Shown here: piece by piece, positions 13,078 through 24,320 of the stretch
Numbering within the stretch: position 1 is the first letter of the stretch
How the letters are laid out: every line of letters starts with the position of its first letter
Assembly: GCA_030390025.1 (NCBI GenBank)
Contig: CM059452.1
Location: 7,502,001 to 7,566,000, forward strand
DNA: 64,000 nucleotides
Direction: 5' to 3'
Source of the DNA: Squalus acanthias
Lineage: Eukaryota
Program-made: the position numbers and the translations under genes
The notes under the pieces: model-generated
The model's database searches: none
Seen by the model: only the letters and a program-made list of their open reading frames with translations
Told to the model about the DNA's origin: nothing

Positions 13078-13467
13078 TCATTGAGAAGAATTGACGGTGT
13101 CCATCAGAACAAGGGAAATGTCCAGAAAACTGGGTTTACCGCTGGATTTATTAACCGTTCTGTTGATGATCTTCAAGGGGATCGCTTCATGTCCCACCAC
13201 ACAGGAGTAAGAAGCGCCGCTGGCCCACTCCTCCGCTGCAATGGATAAGGCTGTACATGAAGAAGGAACTGCTGCCGTTCTCCGCCATCACCTCGGTGTT
13301 CTTGTAGTTGCCGGAATTCACCGGCTTGTCATTGACGGTCCACTTGACGAAGATTTTTCGGGGGGAGAAACCTCTCACTAAACAGGTGAGGGTGACGGAA
13401 CTCTGAGCGGAGACTTCTTCTGCCGGGGGCAGGAGGACAGACACGGACGGTTCCCGCGGAGCTTCAA
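13078..13467 (-). CDS. IGHM: IgM Cmu4 exon plus secretory tail, with a 2-nt frameshifting deletion at ~13248-13249
   Basis: cag|(V)[42 protein letters not shown]...FFMYS, then in a shifted frame [56 protein letters not shown]. Internal TM donor G|GTAAAC at 13140/13139; exon length to that donor is 328 nt, not a multiple of 3. Confidence 0.93.
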
Positions 13468-13961
13468 CTGCAGAAGAATTACAATAAAGGTAAATAAACC
13501 ATAGAATTCCACCGACAATGAAACCGGCGGTTAGATGTGAGAGAAATGTGCTTTGCGCTGAATTTTAAAGGATTCCCTTATTCCCCTCTGTGTCCTGTCC
13601 GGTTTTCCAGCCCGGAGCAGAGGGTGATGTAATCCTTCTCTCTGGGAGCTTGAAGAGTTGGACTGGAAAATTATATAGAATTTACATCAGAGAAACAGAC
13701 CACACGGCCCAACTGACCAATGCCTCTGTTTATGCTCCACACGAACCTCCTCCCACCTTCCTTCTAATCCTTTTCCCCTCATGTACTTACCCAGCTTCCC
13801 ATTAAATGCACCAGATCTGATCTCAGAGGATTTAGTTACTGGCATTTCCAATTGAATTATCAGAGCAGTCTATTAAAACACTTAATAGAACGAATTGGCC
13901 CTTGCACAAGCACCGGAAATAGCCACAGTGTCTCACTTATTGCTACAATCTCACCGCTCAC

Positions 13962-14270
13962 CTTTTTCCTTGTGGATGGAATCTCTTATAGGAGTCGCCA
14001 TATCCTGATGGCTCACCACGCAATAGAACTCATCCCCACTCAGCCAGGTTTGTGTCGAGATGTTTAAGTTGCTGATCACGCTGTTGGGAGCCTCTCCGGG
14101 TTGGACGACAATCTCTGATTTCAAAGTCTCCTTTTCTCGTGTCCAGGACACGTTGACTCCATAAGGAGCACCAGACACGACGCAGGTTAAGGTCACCTTC
14201 GCCTCCAGTAAAACCTGTTCTAGTGACGGTTGCGGAAGAGTGATTTCTGGATCGTTGCATTGGATCTCAT
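13962..14270 (-). CDS. IGHM: IgM Cmu3 exon
   Basis: cag|(D)[42 protein letters not shown]...[23 protein letters not shown]|gtgagc; 309 nt, phase 1/1, C1-set motifs. Confidence 0.96.
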
Positions 14271-14972
14271 CTGTGAAGCAGAAATGAAAGTCAAGCAAAG
14301 CTTCATCTTCAGAATCAGGACACCAGTATTCAGCCTTCATTCTCTAGAGGAGAATAAATCACCTTTGAGATATCAACCTTTCGTTGTTGCTTAAATACCA
14401 TCGTTATTGGAAGGACAACGAATTGACAACGATTCCGGGAGACTCTTTAACATTTCCTGTGTATTTGCTCCCAGAGCCTCCTGTAATGGGCTGTGAAGCA
14501 AATACCCGGCGTAAAACATGAATACATTCAGGCGTAATTGTGTTACGCACGGAATAGCGCTCTTCCTGAAATCCCTTGCTCTTGTACGCCCGTCTATATT
14601 TCCTTGTGCCCGAACGCATTCCCGCTCATTATAATTGTTCCGCCCCCAGGGTCAAGAGCTCTACACGAAAATTACACTGGTTCAAAACGAGTGTCAAATG
14701 AAATCCAGGATTTTAGGTGCAACAGGGAACAAAGTTAATTTTCTGGTGTCTTGCTGCGATTTTTGGGGCGATGAAAATGTGCAGGAACCAGTTGCAGCCC
14801 CCGTCAGAGGAGAAGTTAAATGTCGGGAGAATGGAGTTCCAAGGGGTCTTTTGTGTTGGAGAATTGTGTAATGCCGATGTGAAGTAGTTTGTTCATTTCT
14901 GTCATTAGTGAGCACTTAACATGTCTGGTGAGAGAGAGTCAGAAGGAAATATGACCGCAGGGCAGTAATAGC

Positions 14973-15520
14973 AACATGGGAACAGGAGTAGGCCATTCAG
15001 CCCATCCAACCTGTTCCGCCATTCAATGCGATCATGGCTGATCTGCAGCTCAACACTATCTACCCGCCTTGGTTCTGTAACCCTTGATACCTTGCCTACC
15101 AAAAATCTATCAATCTCAGTTTTGAAATTTTCAATTGACCCCCAGCCTCAACAGCTTTTGCAGGGATAGTGTACCAGATTCCCACTATCCTTTGTGTGAA
15201 GCGGTGCTTCCTGATATCACCCCTGAACGGCTCGGTTCTAATTTTAAGGTTATGCCCCTTGATCTGGACTCCCGCACCAGAGGAAATAGTTTCTTCTATC
15301 TCCCCTATCAATTCCATTTATCAACTTAAACACCTCAATTAGATCACCTCTTAATCTTCTATAATCAACGGAAAGCAAGCCTATTCTGTGCAACCTGTCC
15401 TCCTAATTTAAACATTTCAGCCCCGGTATGATTCAGGTGAATTTGCGTTGCACCCCATCTAAAGCCAGTATATCCATCCTGATGTGCGGTGCCCAGAATT
15501 GAACGCAGTTCTCTAAATAG
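14973..15520 (-). mobile_element. CR1 LINE 3' fragment
   Basis: Minus-strand remnant GHNLKIR..FR.DIRKH.FTQRIV.IW and the aatggcctactcctgttcc tail. Confidence 0.8.
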
Positions 15521-15714
15521 AACAGATGCCTTTTCTAGCGCTGGGTCCCGCGACAGTTACCAGTAAAGGGTTCCAGAAACCTACTGTCGCTCCGAATATG
15601 ATCAGCCAACTCAGGATAAACCTGAGACCGAGGACACCTCACTCACTGACTGACATCAGAGCAGAGGGAAACCTTCTTTGGCGAGGTTATGGAATCCTGA
15701 GCCATGAGGAATCC

Positions 15715-16130
15715 TGATTCAGAAGATCGTGGGTTCAAGTCGCACTCTGGATACTTGAACACAAAATGTGAGCTGACACTCCCAGCGCAGTACTGAGGGA
15801 GCGCTGCACTGTCGCCTTCTGGATCAGACGTTAAACCGACGTCTGCCCTCTCAGTTGGACATAAAAGATCCGATGGCTCTATTTGGAGGAGAGCAGGGCA
15901 GTTCTCCCAGGTGGTCTGGCCGATATTTATCCCTCAACAAACATAACTAAACAATACGATTATCTGGTCATTATCACATTGCTGTTTGTGGGACTTTACT
16001 GTCTCCAAATTGGCCGGCGCGATTGCCACATTACAACAGTGACCACATTTCAGGAAGTAATTCCTTGGCGGTAAAACGCTTTGGGACGCCCGGGGATCGG
16101 GAAAGGCGCTAAGTAAAGGCAGTTCTTTTG
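15715..16130 (+). mobile_element. DeuSINE (SacSINE1/AmnSINE1-like)
   Basis: gggttcaagtc B box, then cagtactgagggagcgctgcactgtc...gacgttaaaccga...gatatttatccctcaac...ctggtcattatcacattgctgtttgtggga, and an L2-type tail (gaaaggcgct). Confidence 0.7.
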
Positions 16131-16437
16131 TTTATTTTATATTGGAAGAAAACACAAACAGCATGATTGTAAATTAGAAATAGAGCTTTCTCAGGGTAAA
16201 TCTGAGACTAAGGACACCTCACTCACTGTCTGACATCACAGCTGAGGGAAACCTTTGTCGAAGTGATGGAATCCTGAACCGTGAGGAACCCTGAGTCAGC
16301 ACTGACATCGGAAGGAAACACAAACTGTGTGATTGGAAATTAGAAACAGTTCAGTGCTTTTTACTAATTCCAATAAAAGTCCTGACTGACATCAGCGCTC
16401 AGAATGATCTGGGACTTCTCGGGGTTGAGTCTCTTCC

Positions 16438-16749
16438 CCAGAGATCTGGAGATGTTTCGGCTTTGGGTGACCCCTTTATGAGAGACCTGGCAGGTATAGA
16501 CCGAGCCGGCGAACCACTCCCCGGCGGTGAATGTCAGCCGACTGGTCGCCGAGAAGTTCCCGTTCACTTCACAGACGGGAAAGGTGACGAAGCCCGAATC
16601 CATGAGTTGTCCATTCTTCAGCCAATTCACGGTCATTGAGTTTGGACGGAAATCGATGATTGAACACACGGCGGTTGCAGACCTGCTGCTGGCGATTTCT
16701 TCACTGGAACTCATGGTGAGGATCACAGTTGGATGATGTACCACACGAT
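16438..16749 (-). CDS. IGHM: IgM Cmu2 exon with a non-canonical 5' splice site (GG instead of GT)
   Basis: cag|(D)[46 protein letters not shown]...[21 protein letters not shown]|ggaagag; 312 nt, open frame, acceptor intact. Confidence 0.93.
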
Positions 16750-16819
16750 CTGCAAGAAAATACATTTTATTGAGATTATTTGTTGCAATCCAAACAATGA
16801 AGAACTGTAAAGCGTTTTT

Positions 16820-17490
16820 TTTACATAGAATCTACAAAACAGAAACAGGCCATTTGGCCCATCAGGTCGGTGTTTATGCTCCACATGAGCCTCCTCTCTC
16901 CCTACTTCATCTCCACCATCAACATAACCTTCTATTCTTTTCTCCCTCCTGTACTTATCTAGATTCCCCTTAAACGCATCTCTGCTGTTCGCATCAACTA
17001 CTCCATGTGGTAGCGAGATCCACATTCTACCCATTCTCTGGGTAAAGAAGTTTTGCCTGAATTCCCTATTGGATTTATTAGTGATTATCTTATATTTATG
17101 GCCCCCAGTATCGGGCTCCACCTCAAGCAGAAACATTTTATCTTCGTCTAACCTTTCAAAGCATTCAGAATTTTAAAGGCCTCTATTCGGTCACCCCTCA
17201 GCCTTCTCTCTTCTATTGAAAATATCCCAAGCCCGTTCAATCATTCTTGAAAGTTACAATTTTTCAGCTCTGGTATCGTCCTTGTAAATCTTTGTTTGCA
17301 CTTCTCCAGTGCCTCTGTATCATTCATATAATATGGAAACCAGAACTATGGACAGTACTCTAAATGTGATATGGAGACCAGACCTGTACACAGCACTCTA
17401 AGTGTGATATGGAGACCAGACCTGTGCACAGTACTCTAAGTCTGGTCTAACCAAAGTTGTATAGAAGTTGAACATAACTTCTCTGCTTTT
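16820..17490 (-). mobile_element. CR1 LINE 3' fragment
   Basis: GHKYKI..REFRQNFFTQR..W.SLP remnant and CR1 3' tail. Confidence 0.8.
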
Positions 17491-17522
17491 CACAGTTTCC
17501 CCCTGTATCCCACAACACTAAC

Positions 17523-17822
17523 CTGGCATTTTGACGCTCCAGTCCGACCCACTTTGTCGAACCTGGCAGTAGATGGCGCTGCTCCCCACCTCTGACTCGG
17601 TGATGGTTAACTGGCTGCTCAGGGTGTAGGTTCCCTTCTTGTTGAACACTGACGGGTAGCTCTTCAATCCAGTGGTGATCGGCTCTTTATCTTTACTCCA
17701 GGAAAGGCTGGTGATTTCCGGGAAGTAGTCCATCGCCAAACAGCCGCACGTGACGGGGCCGCCGGTGTTGGGTTGTTCACAGGAGGAGAGCAGGGCGTAG
17801 AGGGTGGGAGGAGACTGTGTCG
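17523..17822 (-). CDS. IGHM: IgM Cmu1 exon
   Basis: cag|(A)[100 protein letters not shown]|gttagt; 300 nt, closely resembles shark Cmu1. Confidence 0.97.
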
Positions 17823-18759
17823 CTGGGAAAGAATGGCCAATTGAACAAGTTAGACTCTGTAATCCGTGCTTATAACATAACCAAACAACTCGAAATGTGA
17901 CTACAGGATGAACTAATCCGATGTCCAGCAGCCCCCTGTGCAGAAAAGTAGAATAATACCCTCTGCCTTCATTCTGTTGTTGCTGATTTTCAATCAGTGC
18001 CATTTACTCACCAACTCACCGACCCGGGGAAATATGTTTCCCGAGTCCGTTCATAAAACCCTTCAGATTTCCAAAACCCCTCTATCAGACCTCATCTAAA
18101 TCTTCTTTGTTCTCATGACAATAAAGGACGTTTACAATAAAAGGTTGAAGTCTCCTTTAAAATGTGAACGGAATAATGCAGCGCACAAATTTGTAAAGGG
18201 AACTTTTGCACAGCCTGGTTTCTGAGATTCAAGCTTTAGATGAACCGGGATTGATTCCAGTCTCTCTCTTTCCTTCTCACAATTGGAGGGAGAACGATGC
18301 AGTGTGACTTGTGCTCTATCCCATTCTAATGAATGGATGTCTCCTGACTTTCCTCCTCCCACTCACTCAATTAATTAATCCGAATTAAATACAATGCCCA
18401 AAGCCGGTTATATGGAACGATGCTCTTTAAATGCTCCATTTCATTTTCCAAATTACTTTCCAACCTCCCACCAGTGAGAACAGGCGCTGCTTTCTGGTTC
18501 GTTACAGTCACTTCTTGTTGCTGTTTCTACCGAACATAATCTAAACATCGGGACAGGTTTCTTCTCTAAATATCGAATATTGGCAATCCTTAAACATTCT
18601 AAATCGATTGGTTATCAGCGGGTTCTATGCAAGGAAGGACAAACAATAACTAATGTGCTGACTGCTGATATGGGCAACTCTGGCTTCTGGTTTGTGCGGA
18701 TAACACAAACACCTGCGGCTTATTGATCAGATACTGAAAGCTCGGTCTACAGTGAGAAG

Positions 18760-19905
18760 TAACAGAGAGGGTTGATGATGGTTTTGCAATAGACGTTATA
18801 CACATAGACTTTCAAATGGCATTTTATAAAGTATCTCATGAAGACTTATTCAGAAATTAGAAGCACATGGGATTAAAGGGTTGGGGGTAACTTGGGTATG
18901 TAATTAGCTGAGGGAGAGGAGGCAGAAAGTAGTGGTGAACGGATGTTTTTCTGACTGCAGAGAAATATAGAGTGGGGTCCCTTGGGTCGGTATTAGGACC
19001 ATTGCTTTTCCTGTTTTATATAAATGACCTAGAATTAATTATAGGGAGCACCGTTTCCAAATTTGCGGATGATGCAAAACTTGGCAATGTAGTAACACGT
19101 GAGCAGGATAGCAGCGGACTTCAGGAGGACATAGACAGACTGGTGAAATGGGTAAACACATGGCTGATGCAACTTAATGCAGTTAAGTGTGAAGTGGTGC
19201 ACTTTGGGAGGAACAGGGACAGACAGTATAATCTAACTGGCACTATTTTGAGGGTGGTGCAAGAGCAGAGGGACCTGGGGTGCATATTCACAAATTTTTG
19301 AAGGTGGCAGGGCAAGTTGATCTGGTGGTTACGAAAATGTGTGGGATACTTGGCTTTGTAAAAGGGGCATTGAATACAGAAATAAGGAAGTCCTGCTAAA
19401 CCTTTACAAATCACAGTTTAGTCATTAGATGGAGTAGTGTATACAATTCTGACCACCACAATTTAGGAAGGATGAAAAGGCCTTAGAGAGGGTACAGAGG
19501 AGGTTGACCAGGATGATACCAGGGATGAGAGGCTTCAGTTATGTGGAGAGATTGGAAAAACTGGGATTGTTGCTTAGAGCAGTGAAAGTTAAGGGGAGAC
19601 ATAATAGAGGTGTTCAATATTGTGAGAGGTTTTGTCAGACCATGTCGGGAGAAATGGTTTCCTCTGGCGAGGTCACAGATTTAAAATAATTGGCAAATGA
19701 ACTAGAGGGGAAATGAGGATCATTGTTTTTTAAAACAGAGGTTTGTTATGTTCTGGAATGCACAAGGCAACTGGACATGTTCTTGAAGAGGACTCATTTA
19801 AAGGGTTACGAGGAAAAGCTGGGATTTGATTGGACAGCTCTTTCAGAGCCAGCATAGGCAAGACGGGCCGAATGGACCCTTCTGTGCTCTGAGATTCTGT
19901 GATTC
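18760..19905 (+). mobile_element. Decayed CR1 LINE RT/3' fragment
   Basis: GSVLGPLLFLFYINDL..SKFADDAK..LQEDIDRL..KCEVVHFGR motifs with stops and frameshifts. Confidence 0.9.
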
Positions 19906-20439
19906 TACACGGCTCAGCGGAATTAGTTCTTCCCGATTTAATGGAAGGAAACGCTTCATAATGTTGAACACCTGTATCAGATCTATTTTATTTTTTGTTA
20001 TAATGCAAGAGGATGTTTAAAATAAAGGGAACTGAAGAATGTGACTCAAATGAATCGATCGGAAACAATTGAACGAAAAAAAGCTTTCATTTAAATTGTC
20101 AAAATAACTTCCAGCCTCCCATCAGATCAGAACAGGCGCTGCTTTCTGTAGCGTTACAGTTACTTCCTGAAACTGTTTGTTCTGCAAGTGAGCTCAGGAT
20201 CAGACCAATCTCATTCAATCATTATCTGATACTCAAACTGTGTAAAGGTCAGCAATTCATTAAAAATTGCGCAATTTTTTTTGCAAAAAAGTTGAACACA
20301 ATTAATGCGCGGTTGTTTCATCGGAGCAATGGAAAGTTTTATTTTTATATATCTGGCTGGAGAACTCACACTTTAATAGTTGGATGCAGATTAAGGTTCC
20401 TTGAACAATACGGGACAAAGCACTCACAGATCTGTTACA

Positions 20440-20735
20440 TTACAGATACAGAGTGAAGCTCCCTCTGCACTGTCCTGCCATGCGCTGTACGGTCAGGTAT
20501 TGTAAGAGATTGATTCCGAGCAAATCCAAGTTTACACGACACTGTCAAACACTCCGGGTCAGATACCGCACTGGTTAAATGCAGAGTGAAGCTCCCTCTA
20601 CACTGTCTCATCAAACACTCCCAGGGCTGCTACAGCCCGGTTTAAATACAGAGTAAAGCTCCCTCTACACTGTCCCATCAAACACTCCCAGGGCAGGTAC
20701 AGCACGGGTTAGAAACGGATTAAAGCTCCTTCTAC
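20440..20735. repeat. ~65-bp tandem repeat (agagtaaagctccctctacactgtcccatcaaacactcccaggg...)
   Basis: Several copies here, more copies in the paralog at ~39520-39960. Confidence 0.85.
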
Positions 20736-21061
20736 AGTCTGCCAGAAGTGTTCCTGAAATGCTCTTTCTGAATGTCACAAACTGGGTTACTGAGTCCATT
20801 TCTGATGCGCTTCCTCAAACTTAAACAGAACAGACACAAACGGTGCAACAATCGTGCTCTCAGCAGATAGATCTGTTCAATCTGTCAATTTCAATTAAAC
20901 TAATTTCTAATTGACCTCTTCAATTTCCGACCACCTCAAGCCTGCACGTTTTTTCAAATTAATCTGATATTACTTTGAAAAAACTTTCTTTGACTTCCAA
21001 CCGTTTCTCCCGACAGCTCTAGAATTTACTAACCGAGTAAGATTTAGTTTCCCTGAAAACA

Positions 21062-23395
21062 AGTCATAGAGTCATAACGGCACAGGAGGAGGCCATTCGG
21101 CCAATCGAGTCTGTGCCAGCTCTCTGTAGAGAAATCTAGTCAGTCCCATTCCCCCGCTCTATCCCCGTAGCCCTGCAAGTTTATTACACTCAAGTCTCTA
21201 TCCAGTCTCCCCTTGAAAACATTGAGTGTCTCCGCTTCCACCAATTCCATCGGCAGCGAATTCCAGGTCCTCACCACTCACTGCGAAAAAGGATTTTCCT
21301 CACATCCCCCCTCGTATCTCTTGCCCGAAACCTTAAATCTGAGATCCCTAGTCATGTACCATCAATTAGTGGGCACAGCCTTTCCCCGTCTAGCCTATCC
21401 AAACCCATCATAATCTTGTACACCTCTATCAAATCACCCCTCAACCTCCTTTGCTCTAATGAAAATAAATCCACCTTCTCCAACCTGTCCTTGTAGCTAA
21501 GATCCCCCATCCCCGGAACCATTCGGGTAAATCTCCTCTGCACCCTCTCAGCGGTCTTCACATCCTTCCTGAAGTGTAGTGACCAGAACTGGACGCAATA
21601 CTCCAGTTATGGCCTAACCAGCGCTATATAAATGTTCAGTCTAACTTCTCTACTTTTGTACTCAATACCTCTATTTATGAAGCCCAAGATCCTATATGCT
21701 TTGTTAACCACTCTCTCAATATGTCCTGCCACCTTCAGGTACCTATGCACATTAACTCCTAGGTCACTCTGTCCCTGCACACTCTTTAAAACTGTGCCAT
21801 TAAGTGTATATTGCCTCTCCCTGTTCCTTCGGCCAAAATGCATCACGTCACTCTTCTCTGTATTAAATTCCGTCTGCCACTTGTCTGCCCATTGTGCTAG
21901 CCTTTATATGTCCAGTTGCAGTCGATTGATATCATCATCACTGTTTGCCATACCCTCAAGTTTGATGTCATCGGCAAATTTAGAAATTCTACTATGTATT
22001 CCAATATCCAGGTCATTTATATATATCAAAAAAAGCAGCGTCCCCAGCACTGACCCTTGGGGAACACCACTGTCTACCATCCTCCAGTCTGAAAAACAGC
22101 TATTTACCACAACTCGCTGTTTTTTGTCCTTAAACCAATTCCTTATCCAAGCTGCCACTGACCCACCTATTCCATAAGCCTCAATTTTGTAACCAGCCTT
22201 CTATGTAGTACTTTGTCAAACGCCTTCCGAAATCCATGTGGACAACATCCATTGCATTCCCTTCATCAATCCTCCCTGTTACTCCATCAAAAAATTCATT
22301 TAGATTAGTCAAACACGATCTGCCTTTTACAAATCTGTGTTGGCTCTCCTTTATCAGCTTAAACCTCTCCAAGTGCCCGTTAACTTTTTCCTTGATTATT
22401 GTTTCTAAAACTTTACCTACCACTGATGTTAAACTGACCGGCCTGTAGTTCATAGGATTGTCCTTACACCCTTTCTTGAACAATGGTGTCACTTTTGCCA
22501 CTTTCCAATCTTCAATATTAACTGCACAGTCCTCACCGTTTTCAAGCCACGTTTACGTTATTGCGACAGCATCATATTGCCACACGACTGATTGCGCTTG
22601 TAGCTCACCAACCCTATTCAGCACACTTCGTGCGTTTATATACATGCATTCTAAACCCATTTTAAATTTTTTCGTAGCCTTTCTTAGTCTGCTCCTAGCT
22701 AATATGGTACTACACCCGCCTCTAGTACTATCTTCTCTAGTACTATCCAACACAATCACTCATTTATGCACCTTATTCCTCTTTTCTACTGCTATATGCT
22801 GGTGCCCACCTCCCTGCCAAGCTAGTTTAAACCCTCCACAACAGTACTAACAAACCTCCACGCGAGAATATTAGTCCCGGCTCTGTTGAGGTGTAACCCG
22901 TCCGGCTTGTACAGGACCCACCTTCCTAAAAACGGTCCCAATGCCTCAGGAATCTAAAGCCCTCCCTCCTGCACCATCTCTCCAGCCATGCATTCATCTG
23001 GTCTATCCTCCTCTTCCTGTACTCAATAGCACGTGGCACCGAGAGTAATCCGGAGATTACTACCTTTGAGGTCCTGCTTTTTAATCTCTCTCCTAGCTCC
23101 CTAAATCTGTCTGCAGGACTTCATACCTCCTTCTGCCTATGTCGTTGGTACCGATATGGACAACGACCTCTGGCTGTTCACTCTCCCCCTCAGGGTGTCC
23201 TGCAGCCGCTCAGTGACATCCTTGACCCTGGCTCCAGGGAGGCAACATCCCATCCTGGAATCACGTCGACTGCCACAGAAACGCCTGTCTGCTCCTCTAC
23301 CACTATTGCTCCGCCACTCGTCTTCTTCCTCCCCGCTGTGCAGCTGAGCCAGCCATTGTGCAGAGGACTTGACTCCGACTGCACTCCCCAGAGCA
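21062..23395 (-). mobile_element. CR1 LINE (ORF1 esterase-like remnant plus ORF2), internally deleted
   Basis: RT motifs SGVPQGSVLG, FADD, NYRPVSLTSVVGK; EN start CMYINARS; joined at ~22511 by loss of ~1.27 kb that is present in the paralog. Confidence 0.92.
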
Positions 23396-23905
23396 CATGT
23401 ATTTTTTTTAAATTTTAGACATAATTTAAAATTCTCTCCAACCCTTGAGATTTAGCAGTAACTATAATCCTGCCCACTATACAACGCAACTATGGCAGGT
23501 CATTTATGTTTAATAAATTTGCACTGATATTAAACTCTAAGTTAATATTGATGTTATCTGATGTTATGCTGCATTATAATAAAATTAGTCAATATTAATT
23601 TTGATCCTGTTTCTGCCTGGTAACTTGTGAACTATTCGGGCTTGTATAAGTTAACATGGCACTTATCAATATTAAAATATGAAGAATCATATTAATAGAT
23701 AAAGACATTCAGAAAAATATATTAATTTTACTTAAATCAAATCACATTTGAATCGGTTAAAATGGTCACTAACTTCTAATACATTCCCGCTCTCTATCTA
23801 CACAGTTGTAAACTCTGCATGTTTCTGAACTCTGAACAACATAAACTCCATCTTTTCTCAGAGTGGATTTCACATGATGGATTCAGGAGTGGACTATTTT
23901 AAATA

Positions 23906-24320
23906 GGCAACACGGTGGCATAGTGGTTAGCACTGTTGCCTCACAGCGCCAGGGACCTGGGTTCAAATCTGACCTCGGGTGACTGTCTGTGTGGAGTTTG
24001 CACATTCTCCCTGTGTCTGCGTGGGTTTCCTCCGGGTGCTCCGGTTTCCTCCCACAGTCCAAAGATGTGCGGGTTAGGTTGATTTGGCTATGATAAATTG
24101 ACCCTTAGTGTTAGGGGGGGAATAAATATGGGGATAGGATGGGATAATGTTAGGGGGAATTAAATACGTGGGGTTACGGGGGTAGGGTGGGATATGTGTA
24201 CTGTGGGGATTAAAGCAGGGACAGGGTACTGGATTTGAATGATCAGCCATGATCGTATTGAATGGTGGAGCAGGCTCGACGGACCGAATGGCCTACTCCT
24301 GCTCCTAGATTCTATGTTTC
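23906..24320 (+). mobile_element. HE1-like V-SINE, present only in the proximal duplicate
   Basis: A/B boxes, V domain and CR1 tail; flanked by (t)aaatag direct repeats; empty site ggactattttaaatagttcaaag at ~44641-44663. Confidence 0.92.

Noticed and set aside
23906-23990. tRNA-like sequence (also 11590-11671)
   Set aside because: Head of a V-SINE, continuous with the SINE body and tail.
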